Of a stretch of 64,000 nucleotides of DNA, positions 53,555-63,221 are shown piece after piece (position 1 is the first letter of the stretch; each line of letters starts with the position of its first letter). Origin of the DNA: [Archangium] primigenium (GTDB lineage: Bacteria > Myxococcota > Myxococcia > Myxococcales > Myxococcaceae); contig NZ_JADWYI010000001.1 of assembly GCF_016904885.1 (NCBI RefSeq), forward strand, positions 7,369,224 to 7,433,223, read 5' to 3'. The position numbers and the translations under genes are program-made. Below the pieces are notes generated by a model that was not told the DNA's origin, did no database searches, and saw only the letters and a list, made by a program, of their open reading frames with translations.

Positions 53555-53713
53555 TCCCCCACGAGCGGTCGCCGCCCCCGCCGTGGGCGGCACGTCGAGA
53601 CCCCGGAGAGCCCCCGTCTTCACGGATTGGGCGCCGGGGTTCTTCATTTTCCGGCCATCTTTTGGCCCTTCGGGATGTCTCCGGGCTTGCCCCTCGCGCG
53701 TGGGCGACCCAGC

Positions 53714-55591
53714 ATGCGCGGGCCCGTGACCACTCCGTCCCCCGACGCCGCGACCCCGAACCTCACCCCGCAGCTCACCTACACCGAGCGCCGCGCCACC
53801 GCCGAGGCCGAGCTGCAGCGGCTCGACGCGCTCAGCGCCCGCTACGCCAACCTGCGCGCCGTGGTGTTCCTCGCCGGGGCGGGGGTGGCGCTCGCCGTCA
53901 TGTTCGGTCGGCTGCCCCGCACGGGCTGGTGGGCGGTGGGGGCGGCGCTCGTCACCTACATCGCGCTCGCGGTGCTGCACCACCAGGTGTTCCTGCGCGA
54001 GGAGCGGCAGCGCCAGTACGTGCAGCTCAACACGCGGGGCCTGGCGCGGCTGGGCCGGGGCTGGCACGAGTTCGCCGAGCGCGGGGAGCGCTTCCTCGTG
54101 GGCACGCACCTGTACGCGGCGGACCTGGACGTCTTCGGCCAGGGCAGCGTCTTCCAGCTCATGAACGAGACGGCCACCCGCGCCGGCGAGGAGCGGCTGG
54201 CGGCGTGGTTGTCCCAGCCCGCGGACGTGGCCCAGGTGCGCACCCGCCAGGCGGCCGCGCGCGAGCTGCTGCCGCGCGTGGACCTGCGCCAGGACGTGTG
54301 CGTGGAGGCGCGCGCCGTGGCCAAGGAGAAGGCGGACCCGGGCCTCTTCATCCAGTGGGCGGAGAGCGGCCCCTCGCTCACGGGCATCCGCTGGGCGCGC
54401 CCGGTGGCGGTGGTGCTGCCCCTGCTCACCCTCACGCTCTTCGTGCTCGGGCAGCTGGGCGCCCTCCCCCGCCCCCTGTGGTGGGGCGGCCTGCTCGCCC
54501 AGCTCGCGGTGGTGGTGCTCACCAAGCCGCCGCTCCGGGCCATGGAGGAGCTGATGAGCGCCGGGGAGCGCGGCTTCGTGCGCTACGCCCCGCTCTTCGA
54601 GCGCGTGGAGCGTGAACGTTTCGAGCACCCCGAGCTGCGCCGCATCCAGTCCGGCCTGCAGCCCGAGGCGCGCGAGACCGTGTCCGCCCGGCTCAAGCGC
54701 TTCAGCTTCCTGTACTCCTTCGTGGAGTTCAAACGGCACCAGTTCCACCCGGTGGTCCATTTGTTCACCTTGTGGGACGTGCACGCGCTGTTCGCCCTGG
54801 AGCGCTGGCGCGAGCAGCACGGCGCCCAGGTGCGCGGCTGGTTCGAGGCGCTCGCGGAGCTCGAGGCGCTCTCGTGCCTGGCGGGGCTCGCGCATGATCG
54901 CCCCGACTTCCTCTGGCCGGAGCTGGTGGACAGCGGCCCCCAGGTCCATGCCCGGGGCGTGGGCCACCCGCTGCTGGACGCGCCGGTGCCCAACGACGTG
55001 GCGCTGCCGGGCCCGGGCTGCGCGCTCATCCTCACCGGCTCCAACATGTCGGGGAAGACCACGCTGCTGCGCGCGCTCGGGCTCAACTGCGTGCTCGCCC
55101 TGGCGGGGGCGCCGGTGTGCGCTCGGGCCTTCACCCTGTCCCCCCTGCACGTGCTCACCAGCATGCGGGTCAAGGACTCCCTGGAGCGGGGCGTGTCCTA
55201 CTTCTACGCCGAGGTTCAGCGCATCAAGGCCGTGCTGGACGCGGCCGAGGCCGCCCGGGGCCAGGCGCTCTTCCTCCTGGATGAAATCCTGCTCGGCACC
55301 AACACCCGCGAGCGGCAGATCGCCTCGCGCGAGGTGCTGCGCCTGCTGCTCGCCACGGGCGCCAGCGGCGGGGTGACAACGCACGACCTGTCGCTCGCGA
55401 GCCTGGCCGAGGAGCACGCGGGCCGGGTGGTGAACATGCACTTCCGCGACCACCTGGAGGACGGGAAGATGGTTTTCGACTACCGTCTGCGCCCCGGCGT
55501 GGTGGACACCACCAATGCCCTGCGCGTGCTCAAGATGGCGGGGGTGCCCGTGGAGGACGTCCCCCCCGAGCCGGGTGCCCCCCACGCCTGA
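53714..55591 (+). CDS. Membrane-anchored MutS-domain ATPase (MutS-related, domain V only)
   Basis: N-terminal TM helices. Walker A TGSNMSGKTTLLRALG, then MutS signature, then LFLLDEILLGTN is the Walker B. The start at 53714 (MRGPVTT) could alternatively be 53627. Confidence 0.65.
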   Translation: MRGPVTTPSPDAATPNLTPQLTYTERRATAEAELQRLDALSARYANLRAVVFLAGAGVALAVMFGRLPRTGWWAVGAALVTYIALAVLHHQVFLREERQRQYVQLNTRGLARLGRGWHEFAERGERFLVGTHLYAADLDVFGQGSVFQLMNETATRAGEERLAAWLSQPADVAQVRTRQAAARELLPRVDLRQDVCVEARAVAKEKADPGLFIQWAESGPSLTGIRWARPVAVVLPLLTLTLFVLGQLGALPRPLWWGGLLAQLAVVVLTKPPLRAMEELMSAGERGFVRYAPLFERVERERFEHPELRRIQSGLQPEARETVSARLKRFSFLYSFVEFKRHQFHPVVHLFTLWDVHALFALERWREQHGAQVRGWFEALAELEALSCLAGLAHDRPDFLWPELVDSGPQVHARGVGHPLLDAPVPNDVALPGPGCALILTGSNMSGKTTLLRALGLNCVLALAGAPVCARAFTLSPLHVLTSMRVKDSLERGVSYFYAEVQRIKAVLDAAEAARGQALFLLDEILLGTNTRERQIASREVLRLLLATGASGGVTTHDLSLASLAEEHAGRVVNMHFRDHLEDGKMVFDYRLRPGVVDTTNALRVLKMAGVPVEDVPPEPGAPHA

Positions 55592-55737
55592 CTCCGGAAA
55601 TCGTCCGGCCGCGTCCACCTAACGGATGGCGTCGTGTTGCCTCTTCGTCCACTCTCATGCTCCGGAAGAACGGGAAAGCAGGATCAACACCTTTGACCGG
55701 TGGCATCCCGGTTCAAAATGGATGAAAGTATGCAGCC

Positions 55738-56493
55738 ATGTTGAGGATGAAGACCCCCCCCACGGACGACCCCCAGTCCGGCCAGGCGGCGGTGGAGGCG
55801 GCGCTCACGCTTCCACTGACGATCTTCCTCATCCTGGGGACGCTGCAGTTCTTCCTCCTGCTGCAGGCGCGCACGCTGACCGAGTACGCGGCCTTTCGCG
55901 CCGTGCGCACCGGCAGCGTCAAGCACGGGGACTGCCAGGCCATGACCCACGCGGCCATCGCCGCGCTGCTGCCCACCTTCGCCCGGACCGACACCCCGGA
56001 GGCGCTCGGGCGGGCCTTTGGCCGCCACAACGACAACCAGCACCACGGCTCCGGGCACACGGGCCCCATCGTGTGGCTCACCCGCGAGCGGCCCCTGCGC
56101 CAGGACATCCGCAACGACGAGGAGGAGTCCTTCGATGATCCGGCGCGCTACACCAGCGTGCGCGACGTGATGCGCCTGGAGTCGCGCCTCATCTTCTGGT
56201 TCCCCATGCGCATCCCGTTCGCCAATTGGGTGCTCAACCGCATGTTCCTGGCGCGCTGGGGCCTGCGCAACTACACCGCCCACAACCCGCTCCTGCTCAC
56301 CGAGACGGCCCACTGGAACGAGCGCTCGGGCGCCCGCTTCGACGCGGCGATCGCCCAGGAGCTCGTGAGCCGCTCCAGGCGCCGCGAGTACGTCTTCCCG
56401 CTCCAGGCCTCCTACAGCATGCGCATGATGACGCCCGCGCGCCGCACCCTCTTCCGCACGCAGAACTGCGAGCCCACCCCGGAGGGGCTATGA
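55738..56493 (+). CDS. TadE-like minor pilin / pilus assembly protein
   Basis: The N-terminal SGQAAVEAALTLPLTIFLILGTLQFF matches the TadE/Tad_N motif. Confidence 0.6.
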   Translation: MLRMKTPPTDDPQSGQAAVEAALTLPLTIFLILGTLQFFLLLQARTLTEYAAFRAVRTGSVKHGDCQAMTHAAIAALLPTFARTDTPEALGRAFGRHNDNQHHGSGHTGPIVWLTRERPLRQDIRNDEEESFDDPARYTSVRDVMRLESRLIFWFPMRIPFANWVLNRMFLARWGLRNYTAHNPLLLTETAHWNERSGARFDAAIAQELVSRSRRREYVFPLQASYSMRMMTPARRTLFRTQNCEPTPEGL

Positions 56494-57989
56494 ACCGCCG
56501 TTCCCGAGGACAGGCGCTCGTCCTGTTCGCGCTCACGCTGCTGCTGCTCGTGCTGATGGTCTTCATCACGCTCTCCTTCAACCTGCGGGTGCGCGAGAAG
56601 ATGGAGGCCCAGAGCGTGGCGGACCTGGCCGCCTACAGCAGCGCCGTGGCCGCCGCGCGCACCTTCAACACCATCTCCCTGCTGCGCCGCGCCGAGACGG
56701 GCCACATGGTGGCCATGACCGCGAGCATGAGCCTGGTGAGCTGGACGACCATGATGCGCGCCAACCTCAACGCCGCGCAGATCGCCGCCGCGGGCTGCCC
56801 CCAGGCCGCCGCGGCGCTCCAGGCCCTGGAGAACACCAACGCGGCCATCGGCCTGAAGTGGGACGAGATGGACGCGAGCGCCGGCGTGCAGACCTTGAAC
56901 ATCCAGCTGCTGGCCATCCACCTGGCGGGCATGCAGAACGAGATCCTCGGCCGACTCAAGGACTCGGTGAGCGGCGGGGACAAATCCTTCACCACCCAGC
57001 TCACCCAGATGGCGAGCAAGGGCAGCCGCTTCCCCAAGGAGCTGCACGCGGGCGCCACGCCCGTGTCCGTGCGCGAGGTGGACCAGGCGCTCGGCGGCAA
57101 CGACTTCGGCCTGGACATGGCCATGGCCTCGCGCGGCTACGGCTTCATCACCAACCGCCAGGGCGCGGGGCCCGTGGGCGCCGCGAGCGGCGTGCTCGGG
57201 GCCCTGGCGGCCGCGGGCGGCACCATCACCGTGCTCAACAGCGGCGGCAGCGCCTACTGGAGCAAGAGCTCCTACGGGCTCAACGCCGGCCACGGCGGCC
57301 GCGCGGACGGCACCTACTTCTCCTATGCCGAGGATCACGGCTCGGTGGTGGTCACCTTCCCGGGCTGTCCGCCCACGCGGCCCATCTCCGCCCGGGCCTA
57401 CGTGCGCGCCACCGACGCCAACGACTTCAGCGACGACCACGCCTGGTTCCCCGTCATCCCCGGCTCGGGCAGCGAGGATCCCGGCATGGAGAAGCAGTAC
57501 CGGCACACGCTCGTGCCCTGCGATGATCCGCGCTACTGCCCCAACACCTTCATCGGCGGCATCGCCTACAACACCGGGGACCACTCGGACGAGAACAACT
57601 GGGCCCAGCCCAAGCTCTTCTCGCTCGTGCGGCGCGACTACAACCTGCGCGGCCGCAACAGCGATCCGTGGAACCTGAGCTTCAACTTCCACCTGGGCAA
57701 GCAGGGCTCGGCGTCGTTCGACAACAACGGCCTGACCACCGCGAGCGGCCTCAACGTGGGCGTGCAGTCCACGCTCGCCACGGGCATGGCCTACTACCAC
57801 CGGCGCGGCCACTGGAACGAGCCGCCCAACCTCTGGAACCCCTTCTGGCGCGCCACGCTGGTGTCCGCGGACGTCGACCGCCAGGGCGACCTGCGCTACG
57901 GCGGCGGCGACATCCCCGCCACCATCGGCGGCCACGCGGCCGAGGCCTTCCAGCAGCTCATCCGCAACGGCTACCGGGGCGTGCACTGA
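56490..57989 (+). CDS. TadG-like putative pseudopilin/pilus assembly protein (499 aa)
   Basis: The N-terminal RGQALVLFALTLLLLVLMVFITL is a Tad-type hydrophobic leader, followed by a large extracytoplasmic domain. ATGA overlap with the upstream gene. Confidence 0.5.
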   Translation: MNRRSRGQALVLFALTLLLLVLMVFITLSFNLRVREKMEAQSVADLAAYSSAVAAARTFNTISLLRRAETGHMVAMTASMSLVSWTTMMRANLNAAQIAAAGCPQAAAALQALENTNAAIGLKWDEMDASAGVQTLNIQLLAIHLAGMQNEILGRLKDSVSGGDKSFTTQLTQMASKGSRFPKELHAGATPVSVREVDQALGGNDFGLDMAMASRGYGFITNRQGAGPVGAASGVLGALAAAGGTITVLNSGGSAYWSKSSYGLNAGHGGRADGTYFSYAEDHGSVVVTFPGCPPTRPISARAYVRATDANDFSDDHAWFPVIPGSGSEDPGMEKQYRHTLVPCDDPRYCPNTFIGGIAYNTGDHSDENNWAQPKLFSLVRRDYNLRGRNSDPWNLSFNFHLGKQGSASFDNNGLTTASGLNVGVQSTLATGMAYYHRRGHWNEPPNLWNPFWRATLVSADVDRQGDLRYGGGDIPATIGGHAAEAFQQLIRNGYRGVH

Positions 57990-59050
57990 TGACTTCCCTT
58001 CCGCGCGCCCGCCGGGGCCAGTCCATCGTCGAGCTGACCCTGAGCCTCATCGTCTTCGTCACGGTGCTCATGTTCGGCATCCACTTCGCCGAGCTGGGCT
58101 ACCTGCCCATCAAGGTGCACGAGGCCGCCGTGTCGCCCCTGTGGGACGCCACCGCCCTGCGCGTGCACCGCATGACGGACAACCCCTCGAAGATCGCCAA
58201 CTACGACACCTTCCCGGGCATCCCGATGCAGGTGGAGCTCGATGCCAACGGGCGCTACCGCGACTTCGACGGGCGCTCCTCCACCCCCGGGGGCAACCCC
58301 GCCCTGTCCCACCTCTTCACCCGCATCGAGGGGATGAAGGTGGAGTGCCGGCGCGAGAACCGGATCGAGTTCGACCTGCCGCGCGGCGCGCCGCCCTCGA
58401 TGCTCTCCGCGGTGAAGGGGGACTTTGGCGGCGTGGCCCCGGGCACCACGCCGGGCGCGTCCAACGAGAGCGTACTCAACGGCGTGTACGAGAACATGGG
58501 CGGCGTCGCCTGCACGGCCGAGGCCCGGGTCGAGTCGCTGCCCGCCCTGCCCGTGAGCTTCCTGGAGGGCCGGCGGGGCTTCTTCAGCGAGGCCCACGCC
58601 AAGAAGCTGCGCATGAAGGTGTGCGCCGTGGGCCGCCCCCGGGCGGGCGAGGAGTGCCAGGGGCGCTATGGCGTGCTGCTCGGCGACTTCGCGTTCGCCG
58701 ACACCCAGGTGAGCGGCAACTGCCCCCTGCAGCCCGAGCGTCCGGATCAGCCGTGCGGCAGCAACCGCTCCTTCTATTACGCGGCGAAGAAGATCTACGA
58801 CAACAACCGCCGCGCGGCCAGCCGCGACGCCAGCCGCTTCGCCCAGTTCTTCGTGGGCTACAGCCCCATCGACGAGGGCGGCTTCTTCATGAGCTACCGG
58901 GGCGAGGAGGACAACTACATCGAGCGGGACACGCCCGCCGGTGAGGCCCTGGACATGGTCGACCGGCCCCGCAACACGGGCGGCGTGGAGCACAAGCCCG
59001 CGCTGCGCCGCAAGTCCAACCGCTGCTTCCTGGGGCTCAACAAGTGCTGA
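57989..59050 (+). CDS. TadE-like minor pilin / pilus assembly protein (353 aa)
   Basis: The N-terminal RGQSIVELTLSLIVFVTVLMFGI is the TadE motif with Glu at +5. TGATG overlap with the upstream gene. Confidence 0.6.
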   Translation: MTSLPRARRGQSIVELTLSLIVFVTVLMFGIHFAELGYLPIKVHEAAVSPLWDATALRVHRMTDNPSKIANYDTFPGIPMQVELDANGRYRDFDGRSSTPGGNPALSHLFTRIEGMKVECRRENRIEFDLPRGAPPSMLSAVKGDFGGVAPGTTPGASNESVLNGVYENMGGVACTAEARVESLPALPVSFLEGRRGFFSEAHAKKLRMKVCAVGRPRAGEECQGRYGVLLGDFAFADTQVSGNCPLQPERPDQPCGSNRSFYYAAKKIYDNNRRAASRDASRFAQFFVGYSPIDEGGFFMSYRGEEDNYIERDTPAGEALDMVDRPRNTGGVEHKPALRRKSNRCFLGLNKC

Positions 59051-59760
59051 GCTGCCTGCTGGCGCTCCACCTCCTGGGGGCCGCGCCCGCCCCCAAGGCC
59101 GTGCCCGCGCCCAAGGCGGCGCCGCCTCCCGCCGCGCCCGCCGCGCCCGCGCCCGCGCCCTTCCGCTGGAACGTGCCGGGTGTGGTGTCGCAGGTGGACG
59201 TGCCCGGCCAGATGGACGTGGGTGGCATCCCCATCCGTCTCGAGGTCTACACGTCCAAGGAGACCATCCCCTTCCTGCTGCAGTCCTTCGCCACCGCCTT
59301 CGACGAAGCCGGCTACTACATCCAGGCCAGGCCGCCCCGGGTCATGCGCCAGCCGCACCTCACCGCGCTGGATACCCGCACGCTCACCGCCTACACCGTC
59401 ATCCTCGAGCCCGCGGGCGCGGGCCTCACCACGGTGGTGCTCGGCGAGGCGCGCATGGGGGACTTCAAGCCGCCCCAGGGCGCCCCCACGGTGCCCCTGT
59501 ACCCCGGCGCCACGAACCTGCTGCAGGGTGACTTCGAGGGGGCGAAGACCTACGCCTACCGGGCCCCCGCCTCGGAGGACACCGTCCGCGCCTGGTACCG
59601 CGACGCGCTCACCCAGGCCGGGTACCAGGAGGAATCGCCCGGCATCTTCCACCGCGACACGCGCCAGGTGCGCCTGTCCCTCAGGCCCGACAAGGGCGCC
59701 ACCTCGGTGATGCTCTTCCTCGAGACCTCCGCGGTCGGCACCTCGCTCGACAGCCCCTGA
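59044..59760 (+). CDS. Secreted hypothetical protein with an A/P-rich N-terminal linker
   Basis: Signal MLSCLLALHLLGAAPAPKA. GTG start overlapping the upstream stop. Last gene of the tadE/G-like run. Confidence 0.4.
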   Translation: MLSCLLALHLLGAAPAPKAVPAPKAAPPPAAPAAPAPAPFRWNVPGVVSQVDVPGQMDVGGIPIRLEVYTSKETIPFLLQSFATAFDEAGYYIQARPPRVMRQPHLTALDTRTLTAYTVILEPAGAGLTTVVLGEARMGDFKPPQGAPTVPLYPGATNLLQGDFEGAKTYAYRAPASEDTVRAWYRDALTQAGYQEESPGIFHRDTRQVRLSLRPDKGATSVMLFLETSAVGTSLDSP

Positions 59761-59782
59761 GGCAAGCCCCTCGGAGCGGTCT

Positions 59783-61942
59783 CTACGGCGTCTCGGGCGC
59801 GGCGGGCCGCTCCAGCGGCGTCTGGGCGACGCGGCGGGACACGGCCCCGTGCAGCACCCCGATGCGCCGCGCCACCCGCTCCAGTTGCAGCCGGAGCAGG
59901 GGCTCCTGCTCCGGGACGGGCAGGAGTCCGTCCAGGTCCGGCAGCGGCGAGGGCGCGCGGCCCCGGTGCACCGCCTCGGCCAGGTCCTCCAGCACCAGCG
60001 CCGCCGAGTCGCCGAAGCGCTCCACCTGGACGCGGCTCTCCCGGGACACCCCGTCCGCCGGCGAGGCGGCCACGGAGATGACCGCCGCGGCGAAGCGCCG
60101 CAGGTAGGCCAGCAACGTCATCACCGGCTCGATGGGCTCGGCGCGCCGCCGGGGCTCGGACATGAGCCGCAGGAAGGACGCCTCGGCGTTGAGCGTCGCC
60201 AGGCCAATCTTGCGCCGCGCCTCGGAGAAGTGCGACTCGGACGGCGGGGAGGCCGGGCCCACCCGCTCCGACAGCGCCAGCAGGAAGTGCTCCCGGTTGG
60301 CGCGCAGGGCCGCGGCGAGCTGCTCCGGCAGCAGCTCGCGCTCCGGGCGCTCCCACAACAGCCACATCCCCGCCAGCGCGAGCCCTCCCCCCATCAGCGT
60401 GTTGAGCACCCGGACGCGCGCCAGGGTGAAGTCCCCGGACTCGAACTCCGCGAGCAGCACGAAGGTGAGCGTGAGGAAGACGGTGTAGAGCCCGTAGTTG
60501 AGCGGGATGATGGCGATGCTGATGGCCACCGTGACGAACACGAACGGCATCAGCTCCGCGGGCGTGTTCAGGCTCGTGGCGAGCCCCGCGGCGAGCAGCC
60601 CCCCCACCACCGTGCCTCCCACGCGCTGCAGACCCCGGAGGAACGTGGCCCCGGTATAGGGCTGCAGGATGGTGAGCACGGTGATGGTCACCCAGTAGCC
60701 GTGGCTCGGGATGAACGCCAGGGACACCGCCACCGCCACTGTCGTCGTCAAACCCACGCGCAGCGCGTGCCGGAACACGAGCGAGCCCATGGACAGGTTG
60801 TCCCGCACGGGGCCGAGCACCTGTTGCGCCCACGAGGGCGGCGGGCTCGGACTCGCCAGGGGCTCCCCCGCCAGGCGCGTCTCCGTCTTCGACGCGGCCT
60901 CCACGAAGCCCCGCAGCCGCGACACCAGCCGCCACGCGTAGCCGAGCGCCGCGCGCTCCCCCGGCTCCCACTCCCACTCCAACGACCGCGCCGCGTCGGG
61001 CGTCGGCGCGCCCCAGTCCAGCGCGGACGGCTCGCGCACCCGGCCCTCGCGCTCCACGCCCCGCGCGAGCCGCTGCAACTCCAGGCAGAAGGTGCCGAGC
61101 GCGGCGTCCACCCGCTCCCACTCCGGATGCGCGCGCGCCTCGCTGCGCTGGCTCTCCAGCACGTCCCCCAGGGCGATCACCGTGCTGAACATCACCTCGG
61201 CGATCTGCAGCAGCACGAGCAATTGCTCACCGCGCTCGCTCTCGCCCCGGCCCCGGCGCGTGGCGGCGAGCGTGCTGCCCGCCACCTCCAGCGTCTCGCG
61301 GATGCGCGCGTGGTGCAGGAGGATCTGCTCCTGCCATGCCTCCGCGGACGCGCCCCGGGCGAAGAGCCGGGCCACCTCGCCCGCGTACGCCTCCACCGCC
61401 CGGAAGCCCCCGGCCACGGCCAGCCGGGACGGGCCATAGGGCCGGATGGGCCAGAGCACGAGCGACAGGAACATGGCCCAGAGCGCGCCGAGCGCCAGCA
61501 GGCCCCCGCGCTGGAAGGCCTCGGCCCAGGAGTGCACCGGCAGGGCGAGGGAGACGATGAAGGCACTGGACGCGGTGTTGCCCACCACGCTCGCCGCCGC
61601 CCCGTACACCCCGCCGAACGAGCAGGCCGTCACCCAGACGAGCGCCACGGCGATGGACAGGGCCGCCTCCTGCCCGGCCACCGCGCCCAGGAAGGCCGCC
61701 ACCGCGCCCATGCACAGCCCCGCCCCCATGCTCGAGGCCCGGGCCCGGTACGAGCCGCCCTTGTCCGCGAAGGAGGCATTGAAGCCGCCCAGGCACAGCC
61801 ACAGGCCGCCGGGCAAATGCAGCGCCTGGGCCATGACCAGCGGCAGCACGGTCGCGATCGCCGCGCGGATGCCGGCCATGACGGCCGGTCGCACCGGAGC
61901 GAAACGGACCACTTCCTTCGCGTGCTCGACCAGCCGCCGCAT
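59783..61942 (-). CDS. FUSC-family (YccS/YhfK-like) putative aromatic acid/fusaric-acid-type efflux membrane protein
   Basis: Two multi-TM blocks separated by a long cytoplasmic helical region. Length 719 aa. Confidence 0.7.
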   Translation of the reverse strand: MRRLVEHAKEVVRFAPVRPAVMAGIRAAIATVLPLVMAQALHLPGGLWLCLGGFNASFADKGGSYRARASSMGAGLCMGAVAAFLGAVAGQEAALSIAVALVWVTACSFGGVYGAAASVVGNTASSAFIVSLALPVHSWAEAFQRGGLLALGALWAMFLSLVLWPIRPYGPSRLAVAGGFRAVEAYAGEVARLFARGASAEAWQEQILLHHARIRETLEVAGSTLAATRRGRGESERGEQLLVLLQIAEVMFSTVIALGDVLESQRSEARAHPEWERVDAALGTFCLELQRLARGVEREGRVREPSALDWGAPTPDAARSLEWEWEPGERAALGYAWRLVSRLRGFVEAASKTETRLAGEPLASPSPPPSWAQQVLGPVRDNLSMGSLVFRHALRVGLTTTVAVAVSLAFIPSHGYWVTITVLTILQPYTGATFLRGLQRVGGTVVGGLLAAGLATSLNTPAELMPFVFVTVAISIAIIPLNYGLYTVFLTLTFVLLAEFESGDFTLARVRVLNTLMGGGLALAGMWLLWERPERELLPEQLAAALRANREHFLLALSERVGPASPPSESHFSEARRKIGLATLNAEASFLRLMSEPRRRAEPIEPVMTLLAYLRRFAAAVISVAASPADGVSRESRVQVERFGDSAALVLEDLAEAVHRGRAPSPLPDLDGLLPVPEQEPLLRLQLERVARRIGVLHGAVSRRVAQTPLERPAAPETP

Positions 61943-62010
61943 CAGCCTGCCCTCCCACGGGAGGGCACACTACCCGAGGACCTCGCGGACGCGAGGCACC
62001 ACCCGGCGCC

Positions 62011-62550
62011 TCAGGCGCTCCGGCGGTCCCGCCGCTCGGAGACGGACACTTCGCCGGACGCGAGGTGCTTGAGGCTCCCCTCACCCGAGCTTATGGGCGA
62101 GCCCACCCGCAGGCGCAGCAGCAGCCGGGCACTGGGCAGGAAGAACAACAAGGCCCCCAGCCCCGCGAAGCCCAGCGGCGCGAGCAGCGGCGGCGCCACC
62201 GAGAAGGCCCCCTCGACGCTCGAGATGGAGTACATGCCCTCCAGCTCCTGCCACAGCTTGACGGCGTGCAGGACCGTGCCCACGAGGCCGATGAGCACGC
62301 CCGCCGCGCCCACGATCCGCGCCGTCCACGCGAACACGGTGCGCGAGCGGGGGATGCACACGGCCACCATCAACACGAAGCCCACCACGCCGTAGACGAC
62401 CGGCACCGCCTGCACCCGGTTGTCGAAGTCCTTGCCCGCCCAGTGGGCGATGGCGGCATCGAAGGCGAGGGCGAGCAGGCCCGGGGCGAAGAGAAGAGCG
62501 AGCGCCTGACGCGAGTGGCGCCGCGCCCACGACAGCAGTCTGCCGAACAT
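62011..62550 (-). CDS. Hypothetical small membrane protein (4 TM)
   Basis: MFGRLLSW...ALLFAPGLLALAF...VVYGVVGFVLMVAV... The long overlapping +-strand ORFs here are artefacts. Confidence 0.4.
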   Translation of the reverse strand: MFGRLLSWARRHSRQALALLFAPGLLALAFDAAIAHWAGKDFDNRVQAVPVVYGVVGFVLMVAVCIPRSRTVFAWTARIVGAAGVLIGLVGTVLHAVKLWQELEGMYSISSVEGAFSVAPPLLAPLGFAGLGALLFFLPSARLLLRLRVGSPISSGEGSLKHLASGEVSVSERRDRRSA

Positions 62551-62666
62551 GCGGGGAGGTCTCCGAGGGGGACCGGGAAATTCTGCCCGCTCCGAGACCC
62601 CGGGCGATAGAGGGGGGTCCCACGTCCCCTCGCCTGCTCCCCCCTCGCCTGCTGCCCCTCGGGGTA

Positions 62667-63221
62667 TCACCCCTCCCCCTCCAGCGCGCGACGCAGGAGG
62701 AACTCCGCCACCCAGCGCCGGGCCCGCTCGTCGTAAGCCCCCTGGGTGAGCAGTTGCGTCCGCACCGCGAGCGCGAAGACGTAGCTGCCCACGTCCAGAC
62801 TCACGGGCAGGGGGGCCACGAAGTGGGTGTCCTCGGGCGGGGGACAGCGCGGCACCACCGCCCGCGCGCCCCCCTCCCCGAGCGGCAGGCAGGACTCGGG
62901 CACGAAGCCCCGCGCCGCCTCCCACAGCACCCCCGCCCGCTCCTGACGCCGCGCCGAGGCCGCCCGGCCCGCCCCCCTCCGGAGCGCCTCGGGCAGCACG
63001 CCCTCGCACGCCGTGGACAGCCCCGCCAGCAGCGCCTGCGCCCGCCGCTGGCTCGCCCCGAAGCGCGCCGCCTCGGACAGCACGCGCTCCAGGTCCCCCC
63101 GACAGCGGGCCCGTGCGGCCTCGGAGACGGCCGCGCCCCCGAGGGAAGGCTCCGCCCGGACCCCGGAAGCCAGCAGCAGCCCCACCCCCACCCCGAGCCC
63201 TCGAAACACGCGCGCGCTCAC
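62667..63221 (-). CDS. Hypothetical secreted protein
   Basis: Signal peptide MSARVFRGLGVGVGLLLASGVRA. Its stop overlaps the upstream gene's start. Confidence 0.35.
   Translation of the reverse strand: MSARVFRGLGVGVGLLLASGVRAEPSLGGAAVSEAARARCRGDLERVLSEAARFGASQRRAQALLAGLSTACEGVLPEALRRGAGRAASARRQERAGVLWEAARGFVPESCLPLGEGGARAVVPRCPPPEDTHFVAPLPVSLDVGSYVFALAVRTQLLTQGAYDERARRWVAEFLLRRALEGEG

Noticed and set aside
55686-55716. Possible sigma54 promoter TGGCAT-cccgg-TTCAA upstream of the first tadE-like gene
   Set aside because: Spacing is right, but the invariant -12 GC is replaced by CA. Too weak to call without a TSS. Mentioned only as a place to look.
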